The notes under the pieces are model-generated. The model was not told the origin of the DNA. It searched no databases and saw only the letters and a list, made by a program, of their open reading frames with translations. Shown piece by piece: positions 1-11,056 of a stretch of DNA of 64,000 nucleotides. The stretch's first letter is position 1. Each line of letters starts with the position of its first letter. This DNA comes from Azolla caroliniana. Lineage: Eukaryota > Plantae > Polypodiophyta. The position numbers and the translations under genes were made by a program. The DNA lies in NCBI GenBank assembly GCA_043228905.1, contig JBHGNT010000005.1, positions 8,370,001-8,434,000 of the forward strand. Direction: 5' to 3'.

Positions 1-84
1 ATTAGCAAAAAGATGAATTACATCCAACCATAACTAAGTTACAAAGAGTTGGTTTAAATACCAACTACTCTAGGGCATGTAAGT

Positions 85-138
<54 letters not shown>

Positions 139-325
139 ACAGCAAGCTGTATATTAGCAAAAAGATGAATTACATCCAACCATAACTAAGTTACAAAGAG
201 TTGGTTTAAATACCAACTACTCTAGGGCAATTACTCTTTCCACTATTTACAGAACTAGCCTAGTATGATGTCCACTGGCTAGTGTGAACACTATCTCTAT
301 GGGAAGTTGAGTTCAATTCTCAACA
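1..325 (-). mobile_element. 3' LTR (partial, runs off window) of Ty1/Copia element, TGTTGAGAAT family
   Basis: On the minus strand a purine tract CAAAGGGGCG (326-335) is followed by TGTTGAGAATTGAACTCAACTT. A near-identical LTR start recurs at 10223 and 58763. Contains (AG)n at 87-134 and a 77-bp internal duplication (1-77 / 153-229). Confidence 0.75.
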
Positions 326-1735
326 CGCCCCTTTGAGCACAACTTCCGGATGCCGAAAAGTTGGTTCGGTTCAATCTTAAAAAAACTTCGATTTGGCTGA
401 ATCGGCTTCGGTGTTCGAGTTGTTTCGGTTGTTCGGCTCTATTGCACGAATGGTCAGTCAAAATCGGTTTCGACTGCTCGATCGCTTCATGCTCCTTGTT
501 CGGCTCGATTGTCATCGTACTTCGACTCCTCTGGTCGACTTCGATCGGCTGATCGGTTGCTGTTCGGCATCGACCTGTTCATGTCGGTGGCTACTGTTGT
601 TTTTCGGTGCTCCCCCTCAAGCGCGACCTATTGGTGATCAAGAGACCAAGGTTCGTTGCAAACTGTTGCAACTTGTCGATACCCAAGGCTTTTGTAAAGA
701 TGTCGGTCACATGAAGGTTCGTGTAGATGTGTGTTGTAAATCGACATCTCTAGCTTGAACGCACTCCTGAATGAAGTGGTAGTGAATTTCGATATGCTTA
801 GTCCGCGCATGGAATACGTGGTTCCGAGCCAAGTAGATATTGCTCATGTTGTCATAGTATAGGCTAATTGGATCCTTGATGGGAACACCCAGATCCTTCA
901 ATATGTGCTTTAGCCAAACGGCCTCGCATGCGGCGACTACCGTGCCCTTGTATTCGGCTCTGTGCTCGATAGTGCAACTGTTGATTGCTTCTTACTGCTC
1001 CAGGAGATCGCACCACTGCCGAGGGAGAAGAAGAAACCTGATGTGGATCGTCTATCGGCCTTATAGCCAGCCCAGTCTGCGTTCGTGTACCCTTCTAGCC
1101 GAATGATCATATTCATCTTGTATATGACGCCGAAATCCATCGTCCCACGGACGTACCTAAGTACCCTCTTAACGCAATCGAGATGAACATTTCGAGGATT
1201 CTGCATGAATTGGCTAAGTAGGCCGACAGAATAGCTAAGGTTGGGTCTGGTAATGGTTAGATAGATTAAGCTGCCGATCAATTGATGATACTGATTCGAC
1301 TCACAATCTTCGGTTCCCGAATCGACATCGAGCTTGAGATTTCGATCGAGAGGGGTAGACATAGGTTTGCACTCAATCATCCCGAACTTGTAGAGTAAGT
1401 TAAGAATGTAGTGCCTTTGAAAGATCAATATCTTGAATGGTGTTCGAATTACTTTGATACCGAGGAAGTAATGGAGCTCGTGCATATCTTTCATATCGAA
1501 TCTGCCGGATAGGAGTGATTTGACCTTAGTGATGTCGGCGAGATCCTTTCCTCCGATGACCAGATCATCCACGTAGAGGATGAGGACAATTGGGTTGTTC
1601 GACTCGTTTCAGATATATAGGGAGTTGTCCGATTTCGACATTCGGAAGCTGATTTGGTGAAGATACTGGGTGATCTTCGAATGCCAAGCACGTGGTGCTT
1701 GCTTGAGACCATATAACGGTTTCTTGAGTCGGCAT
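326..1735 (-). pseudogene. Decayed Ty1/Copia pol C-terminus (RT/RNase H) plus 3' region
   Basis: Motifs [36 protein letters not shown]...RRSTSG, WSSKKQSTVALSS, FHARTKHIEIHYHF, split by frameshifts and stops. Confidence 0.93.
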
Positions 1736-3540
1736 GGTTAGGTTCTTGATTATGTATTACAAGGTCTTGGGTTCAAGCCCAAGTGATGCCATGATGCTTA
1801 TGTATTCATGACACTATCTCCCTTTCGAGAACGACGAGTGGAAGTCGTCGTTAACAATGTAGGGCCCGGTTTGTTTGGATAAAGACGATGGAAGTCTTTG
1901 ACAAGAGCTTGAGCATTAGAAATATTATTGACAGGTTCCCAAGTGCAATCACTCAGAGGATAGCCAACCCAATCAACCAGATAATAGAGCTTATTCCACA
2001 CAATCTTTGAATCAAGAATAGCAGCTACCTCGTATTCAAGGCCGTCAACAAGTTCGACAGAGGGCGTAGGTGGCACGACACGTTAGGAATAGAAGAGGTG
2101 CGACAAGGTTCCAAAAGAGAGTTATGAAAGACTGGGTGAAGCCACATGTGTGCTGGAAGATTAAGACGAAAGGTGGCATCGTTAATACGCGTAGTGATGG
2201 GAAAAGGACCTAAGCGTTGATATAATCGAGCTTCTCACATGGCTGGGTAGTCCTGATGTGACGACGAAGCAACCATACTTGGTCACCAACCTTAAAAGGA
2301 GACTTAAGACAATGGCGATCGACGTTGGTCTTATGTTGTGCTTGAGCTGTCTAAAGATGTGAAGATAACGCTAACTGGATTCGATGTAGTCGATGAAGAT
2401 GATGCTTAGTACTAGGGTTTCGTGTGACCTTGGGAAGTTCCAAGATACACCATCGAGGATGGTTACCGGTGTAGGCAAAGAAAGGTGTAACCTTGGTAGA
2501 AGAGTGCATCGTGTTATTGTATGCAAACTCAACAAGATGTAGAATATTGCTCCAATCGTCTTGTTGATAACTGATGAAGCATTGACGATATTGCTCGAGC
2601 GTTTGATTTGTGAGCTCTGTTTGTCCGTCGGTTTGTGGATGATAAGCCGAAGAGAGTTTGTAGGAGATTTTGAGGCCTGCCCATAGGTGCTTCCAAAAGT
2701 GAGAGATAAATTGAGGACCGTGATCAGTAATTATATCGTCTAGAAGTCCATGATGGCAAAATACTTCACGCATAACAATATCCGCGGTTTCTTGACTATT
2801 GATACTCTTTACACATGGTAAAAAATGTGCCATCTTGGTAAACCGATCCACTACTGTTAAAATGGTATCAAATCCTTTTGAAGGTGGCAGATTCGTAATG
2901 AAATCCATAGAAATAGACTGCCATGGCTTGGTTGGAGGCGGTAATGGTTGTAACAAGCCATAAGGATGATGCCTAGGTATTTTGGCTCGACAACAGGTGT
3001 CACATATACGAACATAATCTTCAATTTTCTTGTTGCAAATGAGGCCACCAAAACGAGCGCTTCACCAACTCCATGGTCTTGGCAATACCAAAATGTCCAG
3101 CCATAGGGGCATCATGACAATGCTGTAATACTTGTAGGCGGGTGATCCATCAAGGACGTAAAGGAGATTCTTGTAAAAGAGTAAGCCATGTTGCCACTTG
3201 AATTCCTGATAATGTTGAGATGAATCTTGCAATGTGGAGGAAGATGCATGGCTTGGACTAATATGGGCTGAGACATCCTTAGCGAAATCATCAGAGTGAA
3301 GTTGTTGCCGAATAGTATCAACAAGGCGTGAATCAAGCGGTGTCGCATAAACTGTTGTTGCTTGTACCTTTGATGATCCTAGTAGAATTTGCTTTTGGTT
3401 GTCGAAGGCCAGATCTCCAAGTCGAGGTGCGAGATATGAACGTCGAGATAGATCATCTGGCTTCCCTTGTTGCTTCCCGGGGTGGAAAACGATCTTGAAA
3501 TCAAAACGAGTTAGAAACTGTGCCCACTGAGCTTGTCTCC
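1736..3540 (-). mobile_element. Ty3/Gypsy chromovirus fragment: RNase H end, integrase, chromodomain, PPT and start of 3' LTR
   Basis: RQAQWAQFLTRFDF; PWQSISMDFITNLP...VVDRFTKMAHF...SAYHPQTDGQTE; chromodomain EYEVAAILDSKIVWNKLYYLVDWVGY...TWEP. PPT AAAGGGAGATAG then TGTCATGA at 1813; LTR truncated near 1736. Confidence 0.92.
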
Positions 3541-4603
3541 TAGTACAACATATTAAGCACATAGTGTCTTTGTGAGAGCAATATGCCATCGGGGGTTCAG
3601 ATCACCTCAATCCCAGAAAATAACGAAGGTCCCCCAGGTCCTTCATTTCAAATGTGTCTGACAACTGGGGCTTCACTCTGCCGATTCATCCAGTCCGGGT
3701 TCGGTGATGACTAAATCATCAACATATAGCAGGATACAAACTGGACCATCCGAACCTTTCCGGATGAACAATGACGAGTCAGACTTTGAGGCCGCAAACC
3801 CCATCGTATGCAACTAGTGGTGGTCTTCGCATTCCAAGCTCGGGGGGCTTGCTTCAAACCGGAAAGTGGCTTCTTGAGTTGACACATTGCCGACTTGTTC
3901 ATCTCTGATTGGAAATCGGGGGGTTGGATCATATAGACCCATTCTTCAAGGTCACCTTGAAGAAACACATTCTTCACGTCCATTTGGTGAAGATGCCATC
4001 CCCTTGCCGCAACAACAGCTAGTACCACACGAACCATCGTCATCTTCGCTACCGGAGCAAAGGTCTCGTCACAGTTGATTCCGTGGGTTTGTGCGTATCG
4101 CTTTGCCACTAACCGGGCCTTCTACCGGTTGACCGAACCGTCGACATTGTACTTCACCTTATATACCCATTTTGTAACCGATCAGTTTACACTGTCGGGG
4201 AGGGTCAACCAGGTCCCATGTGTCATTGGCATCAAGTGCCCACATTTCTTCCTCCATAGCAACACACCAATTTATGTCTTTTATTGCTTCTGCGTAGCTT
4301 TCCGGCTCACGCACTTCCGCCACCTTAGTCATGTATGCATAGTGACGCGCCATGTACGCATAGTGATGCACTCAGAAGTTGTTCGCCAACACAAGACGCG
4401 AAGCTGTAGAGAACTCTGCTCGTTGACTGTTCCCAAGCCGGGAAGTCTTTGTGTGTCGAATTGGGTGCTATGTCATTTGCTTTGTCAACATAGCTCCAGT
4501 ATCCCTACCCAAGCAGGTACCGGTGCATCTTGTACGACCAAGACGCGTAGTTGTTTCTGTCGAGCTTCTTGGTAGGAAGCGAGCTAGCCATGCCTTTATC
4601 CAT
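3541..4603 (-). pseudogene. Second, internally deleted Copia copy: gag N-terminus fused to RT N-terminus
   Basis: gag MDKGMASSLPTKKLDRNNYASWSYKMH (about 4375-4603) joined to EPESYAEA...ETFAPVAK...LHQMDVKNVFLQGDLEE...LKQAPRAW. Confidence 0.88.
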
Positions 4604-6559
4604 TTTGTTTTTCCTGGTGGAAGGGAATGTATGCAGATATCCAAAGGTATGTGGAATCATGCATTGAATGTCAAATGTATTCTGATTATAGGGTGAGAGA
4701 TGAGCTACATTCGACGTACTCACATGTGTTGCATTATAAGTGGATGGTGGATATAGTTCCTATGCCCTCTGGTCGAAATCAAATGAAATACTTGGTTCTT
4801 GCTCGAGAGGATTTGTCCAACCAAGTGGAAGGAAGACCTCTTCGAAACAAGTCTGCATCGGTCGTTCTAAAGTTTTTATTAGAGGATGTAATTTTTAGAT
4901 ATGGTAATGTTGGGCAGATTGTAAAAGATCGAGGGGAGCTTGATTTAGATGAGGCTCAAATGTTCTTCCAAAGATTCGGGATCCGATTGACTTTGACTAC
5001 TGCGTATAATCCAGAGGGAAATGGTAAAGTGGAAAGGGGCCATGGTCCGATTGTGAAAGCTTTGGTCAAAGCATGTGATGGCCGAATTTCTATGTGGCCT
5101 GACATGCTTCCTAATAGATGCACTCACAACTCTGTTACGGGATTTTGTTGGTAGACAGGTCCCTCCGGATGGGAAGGGAGAAACGGTATGAACCGGATGG
5201 GGAGAGCCCGACTGCGGAGAGTCGGATGGTGTAGGCCCGGTATGAACCGGATGAGAGTACCCGACTGCGGAGAGTCGGATGGTGTAGGCCCGGTATGAAC
5301 CGGATGAGGAGTACCCGACTGCGGAGAGCCGGATGGAGCCCATCGAGGCTACATTTGTAAATAGCCGAAAAGTCATATTAGTATAAATATGACTTAGGGC
5401 AAACTTTTAGTTTTTTTTGAGTAGTTGTCGTTTTTGTGGTTATTCTTTCTTGTTGGTGCAAGAAGAAATCAGAGCACGTAACTGTACAGAGAGAGAGAGA
5501 GAGACAAGGTCGTTGCCTCTGTTGTAACCGCCGCCTGTGGCGAAGATCTGAGAGCACGAGGTCGTTGCCTCAGTGATCTCACTGTTGTATATTTCTACAT
5601 AGTGACAGTTTGCAGCTTGAGGGGCTGCCGTGGTTTTTTCCCCTATTTTGGGGTTTTCCACGTATACCTCCTGTGTACCATTTCTCCTCTTTTGTGTCGC
5701 GTTTCATTACCTGTTTTTCTGTGTATGTAAAGAATCTCGGTTGTGGCCGAGCGTCGGACATAAGGAACGTCAAGTTCTCAACAGATTTATGCCATCGGAA
5801 CTACTTTTTGGTCAGAAGCCTATTATGCCTACGGAGCGGATGATTCCCACTTGGGGAGTTTTACTCTAGGAAGATAAGATGGAACGTGAAGATTTGTTGG
5901 CTATTTGAATTTAGCAATTAGAGAATAGGCCGGAGGATATAGTTGAAGCTGCCAGGAAACAACAAGAAGTTCGATTGAAGAAGAAGGATCGATTTGACAA
6001 GAGACATCGAGTTTGGAATATTCCCATTGAAAACGGAGATTGGGTTTTGGTGTTTGGTAGTAGCCTTGAGCATCAACACAAATCTATTCGAAAATTCTCT
6101 CATCGATGGTTTGGGCCGTATCAAGTGGTAGAAGTCCGGCAAAATGGAACATATATCTTGTCAGAATTTGATGGAACTCTTCTTCGAATTTTGATTGTTG
6201 ATAAATGAATTAAACTCTTTTAACAAAGAGCCTCTCTTGTTCCTGACATTTTGCAGGATGAATGATCCGTGGAAGCTAATTTGAATTGGGAAGAAGATGT
6301 TGAAGAAGAGGTGGTCCAGGATGTGGCAACTACAAGTATCCAATTAGAAGCGGTAACGACAGTTTCATCACATGATACTCGTCTAGAAGAGAAAGTAAAT
6401 GAGAAGTTTTAAGGGGAGAATATGTCTCTCATGTCGATTCCGGAATTGAATGAAGATGATTGGCATGCATCAAATGTTCAAATAAAAGGAAAGAAGACTT
6501 TGGTTGAATTTTCTCCACATGGCACATACCAGAGGATGTGTAGGTTAGGAGGGGGTGCA
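4604..6559 (+). pseudogene. Non-chromoviral Ty3/Gypsy integrase and 3' region (resembles bryophyte Phygy-type), interrupted by a solo LTR
   Basis: CIECQ...KWMVDIVPMP...DRGE...TTAYNPEGNGKVERGH; resumes after the solo LTR as GFMPSELLFGQKP...GDWVLV...RWFGPYQV. PPT AGGAGGGGG before TGTCG at 6560. Confidence 0.85.
5146..5783 (+). mobile_element. Solo LTR (638 bp), TGTTGGTAGACAGG family
   Basis: TGTTG...CAACA ends, perfect TSD GATTT (5141-5145 / 5784-5788), TATAAATA near 5382. Removing it restores the integrase frame SVTGF-MPSEL. Paralogue at 60712-61311. Confidence 0.95.
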
Positions 6560-7250
6560 TGTCGTAAAGGGATACGAACGATTGGTGCCACTACAATTCC
6601 ACACTTGCCTCAACTACAACCACGCATCTCGACTTGGTTCGGTGACCCAACACTCCTTGGAGATCCACCTGATTCGACTCATTGAGTTGATTTACATTCT
6701 AGACTCAAAGTTCTTTAGTGTTATTGTTCTTAGGGATTATTTGCATTACTTTGGAACAAATGTTGTGTAGTCAAAACCATGTAATGTATTTCATGTGCAC
6801 CATATAACGCACATGCAAAGTTTCTCTACATGTGTGCCACATGGCCCACATGCTTTATATCGTGCACATGCACAAGCTTCTCTAGGTGTGTGCCACGTGG
6901 CCTACATGTAATGACATCAATTTAGTATAAGAGGGGAGGATTATTGCCATGGAGGCGGGGGGGGGGGGGGGGGGGGGGAAGAATCAAAGGGTCCTATTTT
7001 GTAAAGGGTTTTTCTCTCGAAGAAATAGTGAATTTCCTATTTTGGCATTTCTTCTTCGTTTGCGTTTGAGGAGTAGCGCTGCACGGTATTTTCTTCATTA
7101 CTCTCAATTCTGACGTCTGTTTTCGACGTTCTATAGCTCGTTGGAAAGCTCTTCTAGAGGTCTTTCCAATTTTGTTTTGCACACTTAATTTGGTTACGTA
7201 GGTGGAAGGATATAAGGTTTTTTTTTTCTTCACGAGTAGGGCTACAAACC
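6560..7250 (+). mobile_element. Probable 3' LTR of the preceding Gypsy element (right end not defined)
   Basis: Starts with TG right after a polypurine tract. Non-coding, with short CACATG-type repeats and a poly-G run (about 6957-6978). Confidence 0.5.
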
Positions 7251-9631
7251 ACTAGTGACTATTGAGATACTTCTGGCTCGACTTCCCACTCTTCTCTTTC
7301 ATCTTCTTATTTCCACTCTCCTGGTTCAGAAATCCAATGGTTCCGCCCGGACACGCCAAGCTCTTATATGCGACGTGCTTCAATGAGACACCGGTTCTCC
7401 GTTCCAGATACCGATCCGGATCCGGTTGAGCTTGCTCGCTCAACAATATAAAAGGCACAACAATATGAGGAGTTATCAACACATGTATTTCAACTCGAAA
7501 TGACATTGTAATCTCTTCATCAACAAACTTAGCTCTCCCAAAGAACAAAATATTTGTTTGCCCGAGAAGTTTGTTGAAAATCGATCACAATTTCGAGGAT
7601 TTATAAACCAAGCGAGTCTAGTAATTCCTATGCATCCTAGCAAATATCCAACCGATACAACTCGAGTTGGCTAAGTTGGAACTCTCTTGAGAGGAAGGAC
7701 ATTAGCGTGGTTTGCACCATTATTACGGGAAGAAATCTCCTCTTCTCCAAGACTTCGAAGGTTTTATTGAAGAATTTCAAACAAACTTTATAGACACTGA
7801 TAGTGTTAGAAAGATGATCAACACAATTCGAAGACTTGTGTCAAGGGGATTATCCTGCCTCAACCTATGCCATATATTTCCGCCACCTAGCTTGTGATAT
7901 TCCATCGGATAAAGACACATTAATGGATCAACTCCACTATGGACTACAAAATGATGTAAAGGATTTGTTATTAACTTTCCATGAAGATTGAAGATCGTTT
8001 ACAGAAGCGATACGTCATGCAGACGTTCAAAGCGTCAACTAATGTCATTGCAAAAAATAGATCAAACATATGCTTCGTAGAAGCACTACCCAAAATTCCC
8101 ATGTGATTCCATCTGGTGGTCCAAGTCTGATGGAGATCAACGTAACACATTGTCGAGGTCATTTGTTTGAAGCTAAAAAGCAATGACCTTGAGCAAACCA
8201 TTTATGTTTGTATTGTGGTGGTTTGGGACACATAGCTATCACTTGTCCACATAAGCCCAAATGACAAGCAAATCAAGTATTCATTCGTGAAAAACTTAAT
8301 TCCAATTCCCTAGCTAGATCGTCTAGCCCTAGTAGTCCCACATGTTTGGGTCAATCCAATAGCTTGATGAAATATTAAACAAATAAGTTCAGCCAAAATC
8401 AGAGCGATTTGGTTGGACAACCTAGAATATGTAAAGTTAGACCCGAGTATTGGTTCCATTTTATCGAATCATGTTAGCAGAGTTTTTTAGCACATGTTGA
8501 CCTTAGGATTTTTAGGTGTCATCGAGTTCTTGCCTCTGCTCTCTTAGCGTCAGGTGCCAACTATTATTTTATGGGGGGACTGAGAATTAGACTCAATCCA
8601 GAAAATCCAATTGAGTAACCACCCTTGTTCTGCAACTGTTGTGATAATGGATGGTCACTCTATTACATCTAGAGATATAGTTAAAGAATCAAAGCCAATT
8701 TGAGTAGTAATTAGTAACTTGGCTTGTATGATTTCCTTCAATATAATTAGTAAACCAACGCATCCGGTTTTCCTTGCTTTGCCTTGGTTTGGACTTCATA
8801 ATCCTGAAATTGATTGGAGAAAGCGAGCAATCAATGATTTCCAACAAGAACCTGAATCCAACTTCCTTGTTGCTACCAACCGAGATTCAAATCCTCATCA
8901 AATCGCGACCATCTCTCTACAAAGGTTACAAGAAGACAGATGGAAAAATGAAATGTTAGTATTTGCAATGAAGACAACTCCATCATCTAGTTCATAATGG
9001 TTGGATGCCCTCCTCCCTACTAAGTGACTAGAATTCGAAGACATCTTCCACAAGGGTAATGTACTAAGTACTATCCTGGAGCATCGTCGTTATGATTGTC
9101 CTATTGATCTACAACCTGGGAAAGAGCCACCATAGGGGCCATATATAATCTATCACCTTCTCAGCTCAAGGGCCTTCCAGAGTATACAAATGAACACTTG
9201 GAAAATGGATTCATTTAACATTCTAAAAGCCTTGTTAGTGCACCCATCTTCTTTGTCAAGGAGAAAGATGGGTCTTTACAGTTGATCATGGATTATCCAG
9301 GTTTAAACGAAATCATGGTTCTAAATAGATATGTTGTGATCTCAAGTTTAGGGGATTGTCAAAGTGGAGCCAAACTTTCTAGGAAGCTAAACCTTCGAGG
9401 CGCTTATAACCTTGTTCGGATGTGTCTAAGCAACGAATGACAACATTCCACACTCGATATGAACATTTTGAGTACATGGTTATCCCTTTCATTCTTGGCG
9501 AATGATATTTTCCACGATTTCTTAGATACATTCACCATAGTATATCTTGGTGGCATCTTGACCTATTCCAAGACTCAAGAAGAGCATGATATACATGACC
9601 ACCAAGTCCTCCAACACTTGTGGGAATATGG

Positions 9632-9986
9632 TGTTGGAGATTGAGGCCATCAATGTGGAAACAAGAACAACGTTATGTAATGAAGAACAATAAGTGATGA
9701 CAGAAGTAAACTAAGATGAACAGATCAAGCAAGACAACTTAGCAAAGATCAAGATCAAAGAGACAAAATGTGAGAGAGACACACAACACATTGTAACTGT
9801 CTTATTTCAAAACGTTACAATACAAGAATGGCACTATCAACAACCACATGAACTAGGTTACAAAGCCAATTATATACTAACTGGGCTAGGGCAACTGCGC
9901 TTTGACATATTTACATAAATGTCCTAAGCCTAGTCTGTCCAAAGTGGGACAATGTGAATACGGCCATTATACACCCGTATTTGACA
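9632..9986 (-). mobile_element. Solo LTR (355 bp) inserted in Gypsy RT
   Basis: TGTTG...TGACA ends, perfect TSD TATGG (9627-9631 / 9987-9991). Excision restores HLWEYG-LYVKLEEC. Shares the CTAGGGCA/TATA layout with the LTR at 1-325. Confidence 0.92.
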
Positions 9987-10222
9987 TATGGCCTCTATGT
10001 CAAACTCGAGGAATGTAGCTTTAATCATAACCACGTGGAATTTCTAGGACATATGGTTTCACAACAAGGTATATCTATGGATTCGTCCAAGGTTTAGACA
10101 ATTCCGAACCAGCAAACACCTTGTTCAATGTGTGATGTTCAGGATTTCTTAGAATTTGTAAGGTACTCAAACATTGTGATGCCTCTCACAGAGCTTACAA
10201 AGAAGAATAAGTAGTTCACATG

Positions 10223-11056
10223 TGTTGAGAATCAAACTCAACTTACTCTAGGGTGTGAACACACATTAAAGAATATGCAAGTGTGTGAACACACCACCAC
10301 TTTGTAACAATAACTAATGTGTCATACAATATAACTTCTTTGACACAATTATTGAGCTAGTTAAGTTTGCCCCTTCCTGAGAGGTCGTTTCAATGAGAGA
10401 ATGTAGAAAAAGGGTGACCTTATCAGCACCCTCCTCTTGTCCTTTGTAGTTGTTGGTTGTCATTCTTGTTCTTGTGAATATACAATTTAAGCTTTTATGT
10501 TTTCTCTTGTCTTGTGTCTATCTTACCAGCCGGCAACGGTTCGGTTTGAATCGAACCGCGAAACCGTGGCTTAACGGCTTAATGATTAAAACGGTTTAGT
10601 TCAGTTTCAACGGATAGAAACCTCGGTTTAAATGGTTTAACAGTTTGTTTAAAATTTAAAATTTAAAAAATATATTTTTTTAAAACAATCTTTTCATTTT
10701 AAAGCTTGTTCTCACATTTTAGGAAAATCTTTAAAATTTTAAAAAATAAAAATATAAAAAATGAAATATTTTAAATTTAAAAAATTTAAAATTTGAATTT
10801 TGGCCTAAGTTGAAAACCGAAACTAAACCACGAAACTGTGGTTTTTACAGTTTGGATTTTTTTAATGGTTTGGTTGAACGGTTTCATGGTTCAGTTCAAG
10901 TTTCAAAAAAATTTAACGGTTCGGTTTTCACACTCTCGAACAGAACCGAACCGGACTGACCGTTGCCGATTGTTATCTGTCTTCTCTCTTGTCTCATACA
11001 CACGCACGTCTCTAATATATTTCCACCCTATATAATTACACACATGATTATGTACA
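10223..11056 (+). mobile_element. Solo LTR, TGTTGAGAAT Copia family, itself carrying a MITE
   Basis: TG...CA ends, perfect TSD ACATG (10218-10222 / 11057-11061). Homologous to the LTR at 58763-60416. Confidence 0.92.
10527..10972. mobile_element. MITE / non-autonomous TIR DNA transposon
   Basis: Imperfect terminal inverted repeats CAGCCGGCAACGGT / ACCGTTGCCGATTG, many subterminal AACCG/CGGTT motifs, very AT-rich core. TSD is degenerate, so the superfamily is unresolved. Confidence 0.75.

Noticed and set aside
5185-5336. Repeat arrays resembling CRISPR (also 59300-59600, 60800-60945, 62327-62490)
   Set aside because: Head-to-tail tandem units without unique spacers, inside LTR elements of a eukaryote, and no cas genes.
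6957-6978. Poly-G runs (also 45228-45246) as G-quadruplex elements
   Set aside because: Homopolymers of uncertain length with no supporting context.
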